From: Perkinsela sp. CCAP 1560/9
Taxonomy: Eukaryota; Protista; Euglenozoa: Kinetoplastea
Assembly (NCBI GenBank): GCA_965644495.1
Contig: CBFFSA010000031.1
Location: forward strand, 1-64,000
Reading direction: 5' to 3'
Length of the DNA: 64,000 nucleotides
Part shown: positions 44,047 to 57,290 of the stretch, piece after piece
Layout: every line of letters starts with the position of its first letter
How positions within the stretch are numbered: position 1 is the first letter of the stretch
The notes under the pieces: generated by a model
Database searches by the model: none
What the model saw: only the letters and a program-made list of their open reading frames with translations
Told to the model about the DNA's origin: nothing
Position numbers and translations under genes: made by a program

Positions 44047-46670
44047 TGCCGCAGTTGCGAGAAGATAGTGTATGCGGAGAATTTTTCAATTTCCAATTGG
44101 AATGCTTCTCGAGTGTTTTCTACGTCTAGGCCTGCCCTATTTGCCAGTGTCTTGAGGAGTTCCTTAGTTTCCTTGTGAAGAAGACCACAATCTGTTACTA
44201 GTATGCAGCGAAAGTATTCTTGGTCCAATCCTTTTTCCTGCACATATTTCCGTTGCTTACGGTCTACCGCATTTTGGAGGAGGGCAACGCTTGTCTGCCG
44301 CTTGTAGCTCCCACAACAAGTGTGCACCACTGTCACATCGTAGAGTATCTCCCCAACATTTGGCCACATTATGGCCAGATCAGGGCCTGAACGAATTCTC
44401 CGAGCACGACAAGGATGATGTTCTGCAGCTTCAGGTGAAATGGAACATTTGCACTTCGTGCAGAAGAAGGAAGAATGAAGGCGTGGTTCTATAGCGCAGG
44501 GTACTCCAGCTTTGGCACAAAGATCGGAAAGGTAGCGCACGATGTGGGAGTGCTTTCTCGTACAGTTCATCCCTGCACATCTTGAACACCCAGCTACATG
44601 TGAAATGATTCCATGTGGTGTTTCCGTGGCGCCGCATCCTGGACAAGTAATTTCATTCGGCGCACCTTGGAGTGCGATACCAAGCCGCATCATGAGTGTA
44701 TATCGGAAGAGATACGGATTCACGTAATTATTTGTCGCTGCCAAGTGGAGATTTGCTTCTTTTGATCGCTTCATAATGCCCGCAAATCTATCCTTTTGCA
44801 TCAGTTCTGAAGCCAGTGTTTCATGTTCTAACTTAATCTGCTTTTTGAAATCAGTACGTGCAGCTTGGCTGGAAATTTTCTTGTGGTTGGCACCTTTCCG
44901 CTCTCCCGTGATATCTACTGGAGCGTTAGTGGGTTTAAGTTGCTCATCAATAGATTTACGGGAAATCGCAAAAAGATAGCGTTGCTTCAATATCGTCGAT
45001 GTTATGCCTAAGCCGCCCATCTTACATGGTAGAGAAGCTAGTCGGAGGGCTTCATCATCTGCATTGCACCATCGTCTCAACACTTTGTGGATTTCTTTAT
45101 CAAATACCTCAGCGAGGGAAAACGTTGCCTCTGGAACGTGCACTCTAAGATGATAATCGTGACGTGGAAGAGTACACCGACGCAGGATTGCTAGCGACAG
45201 GTTACTTGGCCCCATCACCCGTAGACGACGAAAAAGGCATTCATGTTTACTCAGCTTTTCAATCAGTTTATGTTCCACAACTTTCGCACTTCCTATGTAT
45301 CCACCTAACACTTTGATGGACTGTTCGCATGTTGTGACGCCAAGCTCCTTGAGGTTGGTTTTATTTAATACTTCGTTTGTGTTTCGGAACCACTCGCATT
45401 TTCCGTAGTTTATATGTAAATTCAAATCCTGGGTAAGTTCACGTAAATGATGAAAAGCTGCCTCCAGTGACTTTACATTCTTTGAGCTCATTGTAACGTC
45501 GTCTTGGTACGCTCGAATTTTTACTTCGGGATAATTTTTGGAGACCTCCTTCAACGGTTGTTGCAGGAGAGAGCAAAAATAGAGCGATGAAAGTGCTGAT
45601 CCCTGTCTTACTCCTGAAGAACTTTCTATAATCGAGTGTAATGCATTATTGGCGAAGAAAAGGAGTTCGGAAGGCTGGCCATATTCTAGATAAAAAAGCC
45701 GCATGAAGTGTTTAAAGATCGGCTCCTTAAGCAGTGATTTCGCTATTTCCGTACGATGTGGCGTATTATAAGCATTCTTGAAATCAACTGTGAGTATAGT
45801 GTATCCGTCTTTTCGTTCCTCTAACAACTCATGCACTATTGACTCACAGGCTCTTTCTTGTAGAATACCCCGTTGGATTGGCTGGAAAAGGGTTTTGAGG
45901 GAGCTTTCGTGTCTGTTTAAGAGAATCGAACCGCATATTTTTAGAATTGTGTCGCCCATTGCAACTGGTCGTATGCCGTTTTGCGGCTTTGCTAGAGCAA
46001 TTATTCTGCAGCGTGTCAGTCGTTTACGTACGCTTTCTGCCACATCACCATTTATGACGTCACGAAACATGTGGCAAATCGCTAGGCAGGATTCCTCATC
46101 TTCCACTAAAAGTCGCATCATGCTTTCGCTGAAGCCTGTTGGTCCCGGCGCTGCTCCTCGAGATAGTTTTTCTGTTGCCACCCGAAGCTCTGATTGCTCA
46201 ACTACCCCAATTCGTGGAAAATCTTCTTCTAAACGTTTGGGAGTGGGTCCTGTAGGATGGAGCTTTTCAACTTGAAAACTTTCTCTTGCGGTTCTAGAGA
46301 TGACTCTCGGTATACATTGTCCAAAATCCGTGTTGCTTTACTCAAATTTCCTGCTTTTGCTGCTGTCAGTGCGTTTCTTATTGACCGCTGATCGATTGCA
46401 AGTTCTTGGCGTTGTTCTTCACTCAGATTTTGGTCATCTAAGAGCTCGCGGTGTCTACGGCGGTGGGATGAACTCTGTTTTCTTTTCAAAGTGAGACGAA
46501 CTGTGGCCAGCGAATCCCTTGGAGCATCCAGTAATTTGTGCCATATGGCAGTTTTCTCTGATTCTAAAATGGTTTTAGGGTAGTCTCGTACAATGGATCG
46601 GAAGATGGCTACTACATGAACTGCAAATGATGGATCGATTTGAACGAATGTCGGTAGAGGTTCATAGTCT
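44004..46670 (-). pseudogene. Second CRE-C element, 5'-truncated, frameshift near 46260
   Basis: VDFKNAYN, GVRQGSAL, YQDD, RSGPDL; homologous to 31988-34375. Confidence 0.88.
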
Positions 46671-46729
46671 TGGTTATTCTCGGCGCTTTCTTCTTCTTCT
46701 TCGTTTTTTTTTTTTCTTTTTCTTTTGTT

Positions 46730-49700
46730 TTTGTTGTCTTTTATCTATTATAAAGGTTTACATCAATCAATCAATCAAAACTTTCAGCTGTGTAGGTCTA
46801 CGAATTGATAGAACCTAGCCATGCGGCCTTTGGTAGGCTGTCGCGTAATTGCGTGATATAGTCTCCTAAATTTCCTCTCGTATATTTCTTTATAAGTATA
46901 CTTATAAAGAAATCAACTTAATATGCACTTGCGTACATCCAAGTCTTGCCTTGCGAACTTCCCAGAAACTGGCGTAACTGGGCGTAGACTTCGTTTCCAT
47001 TTAAGTCTTGGAGTAATAACTTGAAGTCCATCTCCACTGTCTTCCTATCCAACATGGCTGCATCCGCAAGTGCATGTATCAGAAATCTTGTGTTCTGGTG
47101 GAGAGAACCGCAAGAAAAGATCGGAAGGCATTGAAACGCGAACTCTGGAATCATACCGGTTGTAACGTAGGTATCTTTCTTCCGTTTAATTACGTCTTGC
47201 ATTAGTTTCACGCAAGTTTTAGATTGGTTCGATGGCGCAAGCTCGTGTATTATAGACACGTCGTAGAAGATTTCTCCGGTGCTCCAGAAAATGGCCAGAT
47301 CCGGCCCCGATCGGTATAGCTGTCGACCGGTGCAACATTTTTCATGAGTCATTTTATTCTCGGGTTCGACCTTTCGGCTACACACACCACACCGCCACGT
47401 ACTGAAGGCTCGCGGCTCTTTTTCACACGGTATCCCCGCCTTATTCGCTAAGTCGAACAGGTATTTCACCAAGCTATTATGTTTTGTTGTGGCATTAAAA
47501 CCGTAGCACTGCACGCATCCAGGTATGTGGTGTAGACCAGATTGACTGTTCAGTATTGTTTTGCACCCGGGGCATAACAGCTTCTCAGGTAGACGATGAT
47601 GGGCTATTCCTAACCGCGTCATAATGGCCATCTCGAAGTGTCGCGATGGGACGAATCTAGCGGCAGACGTTAACCAGTCGTAACTTCCCTTGCGAGTAGT
47701 GGCGCTCAGTATTTTGGAAATATTTGGATTCTGTCTCAGTCTCTCCAGTACTTCCTCATGCTCTAAGGCTGCGATCGTTTTGTCATCTGTCGGGGCTTTC
47801 GGTTTTGACCTTCGTTGGCAAGCGCTATATGATTTTCCACTGATCCACTCTGAGCAGAAAAGGATTTTTGTCGCTCATATGAGGAATACAATGAAGCTTC
47901 ATACGCTGCTGCGCGAATTTTACTGCAGGACGTCAAACCTAAACCTCCCTTTTTAGCTGGTAACCGAGCCATCTCGATCTGATTCGCCGTTAGGGATCCA
48001 AGCCATGTGCTCAAAACGTCTTCAACTTTCTCATCAAAACAGTCAGCGATCTGCTCAGTGATGTCAGGCGGATGTACACGCACTGCGTACTGCATCTTCA
48101 CGTTTATGCTGTGGGATAATAAACTGAGCGACACATTGTTAAGCCCCATGATCTTCAGCCGACTGAAAGCTAAGTTATGTTGTTCAAGTTGGCCCGTCAG
48201 CCTCTCCGCCACCGTTGTATTCTTGCCAATGAATGCTCCCAACACCTTTGTGGCTTCATTTTCGTTGATGACTCCCGCATTCTCGAGACATGGCGGAATC
48301 GCAATTTGGTTCCACCCGCCGAACCATACACATTTCTTGGCAGCAAGCTCTATAGATTGTTCCCTGACGATTTCTTGGAGTCTGCCGAATGCTTTTTCGA
48401 TGTCGGAGGCATTCAGAGATGATATTGTGACGTCATCGATGTATGCGTGTAATTCCACGTTCGGAAATTCCTGGGCCAGCGTCTCTAAAATGGGTTGCAT
48501 ATAGATACAAAAATAAAGAGAAGCTAACGGCGATCCCTGCCTGAGTCCCGACGAACTTGGCACGACTCCAAACAATTTGTTTTCCGATCCGTAGAATAGA
48601 AGTTCAGAGGTGCCAGAGTATTCGACCTGGAAGAATCTTTGAAATGGTCGCAACGCGCTAAAGGCGAAAACGTGCTTTGCTATTTCTTTCCTGCATGGAG
48701 AATTAAACGCATTTTTAAAATCAATTGCGAGCATCGAATGACCTTTATTGTAACGCTCACGAAGTTTGTGGACTATTCGTTCGCATCCAGCCCAAGCAAA
48801 TACTCCCTGTTGCATTGGAGTGAAGAGTGGTGCCAGAGTGTGTTCATACCGTTGCATGAGTACTATTCCAGCCAGTTTGTTGAGAACCTCGCCCATTGCT
48901 ACGGGACGCACTCCTCCGTCCCCCTTCGGTATGGCGACCAGCCGAGCCCGGTTTAGACGCTGAGTTACATCCTTCGAGAGAAAGCCGTTTAGAAGATCGC
49001 ATATCATGTGACACAAGCTTCCGCAGGACACCTCGTCATCGGTCATGAGGCGCACAATACCGTCAGTCATTCCCGTAGGCCCGGGGCTGACTCCTTTCGC
49101 CAGCCTTTTGGCAGCGCTACGTAGCTCTTCAGGTGTGACCCCAGCCAAGGTGGGCGCGTCTTCGGGTGCCTCAAAGTCACATGGTTTTTGAGGATGCAAC
49201 TCTGTTAACTTGTCCAAAACCTCCTCGTCGGACAAATTGATTGATTTAAACTTTTGACTCAATGTTTTTGCCGCTTTAGACGCGCACCCTTCCAAAACTA
49301 GTCTCTTTGCTTTGTTAATGGCACGTAAATCCTGGGCAGCATCGCTGTCAACCGTCGCCTTCGGAGTGAAAGGTTTACGTCTTTTGCTGCGTTTATCCAC
49401 ATCTCGTATTGTCGCCAATGATAGTTTCATCGCTGACAATAGCCGATGCCAAATCTGGTTTCGTTGCGCAAAATCGACATTTGCGTAGTTCCGTATAATA
49501 TCCCGCAGTGTGGCGACGACGCACGGAATAAATTCTGGACTCACCGTTCGCATGGTTGGGATCGGGAGATGATCAATTCCCTCGTTTCCGCAAGTCAAAT
49601 GCTCCGCTAGTTGATGATTTTCCATGAAAGAGTCTCGCCGTACGGTCTCGTCTATCGAGGGAGGGGCCTGGTGCCATAATATACGATAAACTCTTACGGC

Positions 49701-51315
49701 TTCTTGTGGCGGAAGCGTTCCTTTGAATTCGTCGCCGACGCTGTACCCACGAACTCCTTGATACAACATAGATAATTTCCCCAGACCTCCACGTTTGCTG
49801 TGTGTCCGTGTGACTTTCCCGATCGATACGTTGATCTCGTCGTTGCGATCGAATGTCCACACAATGGTGCATTTTGTTCCCGCTTTGATCTGTTTAGATT
49901 GCTTCCATATCTCGTCCCCTGGTATCGGAAATTGGGTTTTAATATTGGTGGTTCCTTCCAAGCTCTCTGCCCATGCTTCGTCTATATGCCTCATATCTTC
50001 CTCCGCTCCATTTTCTCCGATAAATCGAATTCGCTGCTGCGGAACACTCTTCTCGGCATTTGCTGGCTCACCGTGTACTATGTTGCTGATCCTTGCCAGC
50101 TCGGTCAAACGTATTCCGTCTCCCGTGTTGTCGTCAATCAAGTTTGTTGGAGTTGTCAGTCTGGCATTTTCAATATTTCCTTGCACGTGATTAGTGGTTT
50201 CGTTCCCTATCTGCCTCACGTCGATCTGCTTAAGCAGGTCTTGTGGAGATTCGCAGTCGTGGTAGACAATGTCCTCTCGCGATGTGATTTCGTCATCCCC
50301 CGAGGTTGTACCGCTGATCTTGGTGGGAGTAATCTCGCTAATTTTCTGCGGCGTTGCTCCCTTAGTTAGTCGCGTCACGTGGTCGTCCTTTCTTGCGTTG
50401 ATATCACTTTTCCGGATGTTCTTGGGAGATTCCTCGTTCTTCTGATGTGTTGTGTGTGCCTCTGTATTCCTTCCGATTCTTGCCAAAATCTCCTCATTAA
50501 CTAAGTTGAGCTTCGGTCTGCGCTTCGGACGGTTCAGAAACTTTGGCTTTCGTGGGGCAGTATTGATCTCCCCTTCTATGTCTCTTACTCGGTTTTCTTC
50601 TGCTCGACTGTCTGGGGTCCGATTATTGCAGTTTTTGTTACTTCCTGGCGTTGTTGCTCCTGGCCTTGTTCCGCACATCTTTCCTTCCTCGTCCCTCTCT
50701 CGGTCCTTTCTCGATCCCACGTCGTCCGCAGTCGTCGCATTTCGTGTGGCCCGATTTCGGCTGAAGTTGATCAATTCGCGCGTAGATGATACGATTTTAA
50801 TTTTTCTGGGTACTGGCAATGGCAGTGGCAACTGGTTATCCACTTTGGACTTCGAGTTTTCTTCCGTGGAAAGCGTCGCAAGCGGATGGCGACTCGGTGA
50901 TTGTGACAAAGGCAGCGCGGCTGGAGGGGGAGAAGGCGCGGCGGGAGGAGAAGGCGGCGCTAAGGGGGGAGTAGAAGGTGGCGCGGCGGGAGGAGGGGAA
51001 GGCGATCGCGTCGTAGGGAACGACAGCGCGCGCGGCAGAGGAGGAAGCGACATTGGGAGCGGCAGCGCTGGAGGTGGTGATGGCGCACGCAGCGGAGTAG
51101 GAGGAGGTGACGGTAGAGGAATTGACGGCTCGCGCGGCGGCGGTGGAGGCGACGTCGGTGGAGGAGAAGCGTCTGACGATGGCGCCCGCCCTAAAGGGTA
51201 TTTTTTCTTCCGGCGGGTCGGCGGCAGCGGCTGGACAACGGGAGCTACTCCCGTCTCCTTCGCGCGGCTCCGGGTGAACATGCCCATGAAGGGTGAGAGA
51301 ATAAGAAAAGGAAAA
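46730..51315 (-). mobile_element. Full-length CRE-B element (near-identical twin of 21951-31415), 1-bp frameshift near 47792
   Basis: ATG at 51287, YIDD. G4 here versus G5 in the twin shifts the frame before the endonuclease (46918-47631). Confidence 0.92.
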
Positions 51316-51836
51316 AAGACAACAAGGGGCGAAACATGGGTTGCTCTTGTTTTCTTCACCGTCTGTCGACATAGAATCTGATTGTGTCGCTTTTTCGTCT
51401 TCGGACTTTGAGGCGTTCGATTCATCATTTTCCGAAGTTTCTATATCGATATTTCCTCGTTCAATTCTGTTTCGCATCGTGTATCTCTTCAACTTGATGA
51501 GATTCGAATTCTTCGCTTCCACTTGATCATGAATTTCGTGGTCAGCCCAAATTGGAGAAATGTCTTTTCCTGTGCTTTGACTGATAACCCTAATTCGTGG
51601 TGTCTTCTTGGGTTTCGGTGCGGTCTCACTTTTATTGTAGCTCGGCTCGGTGATTCTGGTGTTCGGAGAAGCGCTACAGCGTCCTTCGCTACAATCATCC
51701 TTCCGGGTAGCTTGCAGAAAATTTCCCGATGTCGCCCCGATGTCGTCCGTGAAGTGTTTTCCAAATCTCGCTTGACGAGCGAACATGTTTAAGTAATCTC
51801 AATTAAAAAAAAACAACAAGCAACAAGGTACAGAAA
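51316..51836 (-). pseudogene. 5' fragment of a CRE-C-like mRNA with SL remnant
   Basis: SL remnant at 51821-51836, ATG at 51786. TPRIRVIS...WADH and DSMSTDG resemble the 35485-36471 ORF. Confidence 0.7.
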
Positions 51837-52410
51837 GTCTGTGCAAGTTATGAATCGCTTGAAAAGAGCGCGTCTAATTGGCATCCCGAAACAAGGTGGG
51901 GGAGTGCGTCCCATCTCGGTAGGAGAAGTATTCTTGAAGTTAGCCGACCTCTTGCTTGTGATGCGACATGAACATACCCTGGAAAAGCTTTTCGCGCCGT
52001 TGCAGTTCGGGGTCTCGGTGAAGTCCGGTTGCGAGAAGGTCGTGCATCGTCTCCATGACCACTTTCTGGCAGGAAACGCAATACTCTCTATCGACCTGGC
52101 CAACGCCTTCAATTCACCGCCGCGAAGCGAAATAGCGAAAGCAGTTTTCGGTTTACACACCTTGCGCCCTTTTCACCGCCTTTTCCACGCGGAATACTCC
52201 GAAGCGTCTGAGCTACTCTTCTACGGAAGGGATGGCCATTATCATGGCTCTGTCGAAAGTACGGCGGGTGTACGCCAAGGATCCCCCCTCTCGACATTGT
52301 TCTTCTGCGCATTTCTTCAACCTATACTAGAAACAATCGCCTCCGAGTTTCCAGACGTTAAACTATTTGCTTATGTGGATGATATCAATTTGGTCTCAGA
52401 AAATACGAAT
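51837..52410 (+). pseudogene. Inverted internal CRE-B RT fragment
   Basis: RLIGIPKQGGGVRPI, IDLANAFN, GVRQGSPL, YVDD. Confidence 0.88.
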
Positions 52411-52574
52411 TCCATTTTTTTTTTTTTTTTTTTTTCCCCGAGTCATTTCTTGGAGGCATTTCTCCTGTGAAATCCTATGACAGGAAGCCACGGGCGAAAC
52501 ATCACCTTCCCCCCTTCTCTCGTGAGAGAAACTACCTCCAAAAATAACTAGAACAGAACTTACAAGTAAATGAA

Positions 52575-53483
52575 TAAATTTTCTTTTTTAGGCTCTTCGT
52601 TAAACGCGGTGGTTGCTTTCAACTTAGAAGTCACTCATGCTGCGCGCTTCGCGTTGAAAACTACCGCCGCGTTTAACGAAGAGCCTAAAAAAGAAAATTT
52701 AGCCTGGAAAACGGAAAGATTATAGCCAAAAATAGCCGAATTTCGGGTACAAATGGGGTCATTTTCGCATATTTTTGCTCTCAGAGCACTAAATCCGACA
52801 TTTGCGCGTGGGAAATCACTCGCAGGCATGAATGAAAGCCTACCGAACGTATTGGGTAGAGAATACGACTCCAACCATACCATTCTTTCGACACAAAAAT
52901 GCCCCTTTAGGTCCGAAAAATACTTTTTCACCTTTTTTAGTCAAAAGTGGGTCATTTTGAGGGGCGCACCACAGTTCGAAGAAGTGATACCTTGCGAAAA
53001 CAACTGCGTAGAAAGCTAGTGTAGGTCCCAAACTATCAAAATACAATAGGGGAAACGATTTTGGAAAAATATTTTTTTTGTCATTTTTTTCGCCAAGTTG
53101 AATTTTTTTTCGAAAAAATTTTTCCGAAAAAATCCGAACTTGGCGGACCCGTCCTGCGGATACGCGGGGGGTTCACCCCAGGGTAGGGGGGTGGAAAATG
53201 CGCGCCAAGACCCCGGCTACCCTTTCTGCGGTTTTTTTTCGAAAACTAATTTTTTCGAAAAAATTTGATCGACCATGCCCCCCCCCCCTGGACCCCCCCC
53301 CTGGACCCCCCCCCTGGACCCCCCATTTTTTTCAAAAAAATTTTTCAGTTTTGGACCACCGGAGCCCCCTTTTATATTTTTTTCTTCTATTATATTACTG
53401 TGTTCCTCTTTATATTTTCACTGTTTTTGTTCACTTTTTTTTCAATAATCGAGTGTAGAGCGGTAGTTTTACAACCACCGCAA
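52575..53483 (+). mobile_element. Helitron/Helentron-like element copy 2 (inverted relative to copy 1, both tips clipped)
   Basis: Reverse complement of about 25-962. Ends at the terminal hairpin without CTAG. Confidence 0.6.
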
Positions 53484-56400
53484 TAAATAGATAAATAAAT
53501 ACGCTAACCTGGAAATGTCTATAAGTATTTCGTATTGGCGCTACCCCCCATTGTATGGGGGTAGTTCTAACTAAGCTTACGCGTCTTTGTAAGCTAAATC
53601 TTATAATTCTATATATTTAATATTTGACCTACGATAGTGCTTTGCTCATTTGAGAACACAGCACAGTGCCGTTTAACTCCTGGAGGTGCATTATGAAATC
53701 TTGCACAACGATATCGCGATCACGCCCGCTAGCATCGGCCAGAGATTTCAGGAGAGCCAGGCCACTTTTGTTCATTGCTCCTCCGGCGAGTATTGATACG
53801 CATGTAAATTTTTCATGAGGCATTAGATCCGAGTTAACATACGTGTCGACTTTGCGTTTTTCGGCTTCCTGCATTAGCTGATTGCTCCGTTTACCGAGAT
53901 TCGTCTTGGATATTTCATTTATGATAGTGAGGTCATAGAATATCTCACCGGACGCCCAGTAAATTGCTAAGTCTGGTCCGCTGCGATGGAATGATGCGGT
54001 TCCACACTTTTTCTGATGTTCATGTTTGCGCTGTTCATTCACCGATTCATTACATTTCAGGCATCGATAAGTGGTGAATTGTCTCGGTTCCCGCTCGCAT
54101 GGGATTCCGGTCTGAAGACAGAGGTCGTAAATATGACGAACGAGAGCATGATGTCGCGTTGTCGCATTTGCGCCTGTGCATTTAACGCAACCGAGCAAGT
54201 GTGCTAGAAAGTGTTTTGATTCGAGAATCATTTTGCATCCAGGGCATATGATTTTGTCCGGCATACTCTTGTGCGCAAGACCAAGTCGTGCCATCACCAT
54301 TAGAGAGAATTGAGATGATGGAATATATCTCGTTTTTCCTTGCAACCAATCGTGATTACCCTTTTCACTGCACGCCTTTACCAAAGGTGCCAACTCCTCG
54401 TTTTTCTTTGTCAGCTCTTGATACGTCTTCTGATTGAGCATAGCCTCCGTTGCGGGGCCATCATTTACTGATTCGCTGTCCTGCGCTATACCTTCGTCGC
54501 ACGTTAATCGAGCTGATTTTGGTTTACATTGCTCAAGAGAAACGCGTTTAGAAGAGTTGTACGCGGACGTACGAGAGTCAGTAGATGATGGCAGGCCGAG
54601 CCCACCTTTCTTCATCGGCAACCGGCACCAAGCGATGTGTTTATCTGTCATTTTGCCAAGCCATGTGTTCAACACCGCTTCAACATCGCTGTCGAATTTT
54701 TTGCATAGTTTTTCCGATGCTATTGGTGTGTGTACCCGGGTGTGGTACCTATGTCTAATGTTTACGCTTTTCGATAGTAGAAGTAGTGATATGTTGTTTA
54801 AACCCATGCGCTTGAGACGTCGGAATATGGCTTCGTGCTTTTCAAGCTTCTGTGTCAGACATTCACTGACTACTTCGTCGTTGCCTATGTATGCACCTAG
54901 GGTCTTTGTCGCTGAATGCTTGATTTTCACTCCTTCTGCTTCAAGTTCTGCTGGGATTGGTATATCATGCTTTCCGCCAAACCACACGCATTTGTGTTTG
55001 GCCATTTTGACTCGTTTCTCCGCTAGGAGGCCGTGTAGACGACTGAATGCATCAGCTAACGCTTGTTGGTCCTCAGATGCTAGGTTTATGTCGTCGATGA
55101 ATGCGAAGATTTTTACTTGTGGAAATTCCATTGCCGGGGTTTCTATGATAGGCTGCATAAATGCGCAAAAGTACAAGGTAGATAACGGAGATCCTTGTCG
55201 TACTCCAGCTGAGCTATATATCGTCTCGTAATGCTCACCGTTTTTTCCGTAATATAAAAGCTCAGAGGCCTCCGAATATTCCGCGTGAAAGAATCTACGA
55301 AAAGGGCGCAATGTGCATAGGCCGAAAACGACTTTTGAGATGTCGCTACGCATAGGCGAGTTAAAGGCATTAGCGAGATCGATTGATAGAATGGCTTTGC
55401 CTTCTTGATAATGGCTATGAAGACGGTGCACTACTTTTTCGCATCCAGACTGTACAGATACTCCAAATTGTAACGGGGCGAAGAGTTTTTCGAGTGTATG
55501 TTCGTGCCGTGCTACTAATACGATTCCCGCCAGTTTCAGGAAGACTTCGCCTACGCAGATTGGTCTGACGCCTTTGTCTGCCTTTGGTAACGCTACCAAG
55601 CGTGCTCGTTTCAGACGATTCATTACTTGTTTTGACAGAAGTCCATTTATCAGATCCGCAAACATATAACACATGGAGACGCAACAAATTTCGTCGTCCA
55701 AGAGGAGCCGAATTATTGTGTCAGTGGTTCCCGTAGGTCCTGGTGCCGATCCTTTGGCAAGACGCCGACCTGCGTCCCTGAGTTCTTCGGTGGAAATGAT
55801 GGCTATCTCAGGAGAGTCATCCGGGAGCTCAAAGTTTTCATGATTCTGCGGATGCAGGTCCCGTAGTTTGGCGCATACATCGTCGTCTGTTAGTTCCTGT
55901 GGTCGCACTTCCTGATCTAGCACTTTTGTTGCCTTAGAGACACACCCTTCTAGGGCCAGGCGGGTCGCTTTTTTTATGGTGCGTGCTTCTGTTTTGCTCA
56001 GTTCCTCCGCATCTCCAGCGTTTTCATCCGGGATCGGCCGTTTTCTTCTTCGTCGAATCGACGCGGTTCTCACTACTGTTAACGAGTGCTTCATTGCGGA
56101 TAGGACCCTATTCCAAATGTCGTTTCTGTCATCATACGAGTTGGTGGCGTAATTCCGCATAATGTCCCGGTAAATTGCTACGACACATGGTGCGAAATCG
56201 GCATGAATCGCTCGGAGCTTCGGCATCGGCGCTAAATCCAAATCTTCTTCAGTGTGTTGTGTGACGGGTGGGCTGGCAACCGGTATTGAGTTCATATGTT
56301 TATCCATAGCGGACTGTTTTTTAAGCCACTGAATCTTATATATTCGAACATTCGCTTGCGGGGGAATTGCTCATCATCCGATGGTAGAAAGGTAACAAAA

Positions 56401-57290
56401 ATAAACTCTCAAAACTTAACAAGCATACACTTTCTATAAAGCTCACACTACTGTTCGAAACCAAGAATCCATATTCAAACACTATAATTAACTCATAAAC
56501 AAGACGTCATGACTATAACCAAAGAAAACAAAGTAACCTTCCCATCACACAACTTCTCACCTCTCAGCTTGCGAACGGGTCACGCGGGGAGTGGTTTGGG
56601 GGTTGGTGGGTGGGGAAACTTTAATCGCGAATAAATCAAACAGACGCTAAAATGAATCAAAATCTCAAATTCAATGTCAAATATATATCATCACTATATC
56701 ATCTTTCGCCACTATATCATATTATATTTCGGGGACAATAATTCGGGGGGAGATTTGTTTCGGGGGGAAAACCCCCGGTAGGGGGCATCCTGAATAATGA
56801 CGCCCCATCTCCTTTGATCAATTCTTATCGTAAACTTTAAGAATTGCTCATCATCCGATGGTAGAAAGGTAACAAAAATAAACTCTCAAAACTTAACAAG
56901 CATACACTTTCTATAAAGCTCACACTACTGTTCGAAACCAAGAATCCATATTCAAACACTATAATTAACTCATAAACAAGACGTCATGACTATAACCAAA
57001 GAAAACAAAGTAACCTTCCCATCACACAACTTCTCACCTCTCAGCTTGCGAACGGGTCACGCGGGGACCACCCATTCGCACGTACTCCAATCACCCAATC
57101 GCTTGTATGGCAGATAAATCCGGTGCCTACTCCAGACGTACCTCCCATTACAAAACATTTTTATATATATATATATATATATACATTTTTATATATATAT
57201 ATATATTTATATATAGAGATATAGATGTAATATGAACTATATGCTAGAACTACTTTTTTTTTTTTAATCTTATGTTGTCCAAAGTCTCTG

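Noticed and set aside
25-53483. A single 53-kb giant transposon or virus bounded by 0.95-kb TIRs
   Set aside because: There is no TSD, transposase, polymerase or capsid gene, and the same retroelement array continues past 53483.
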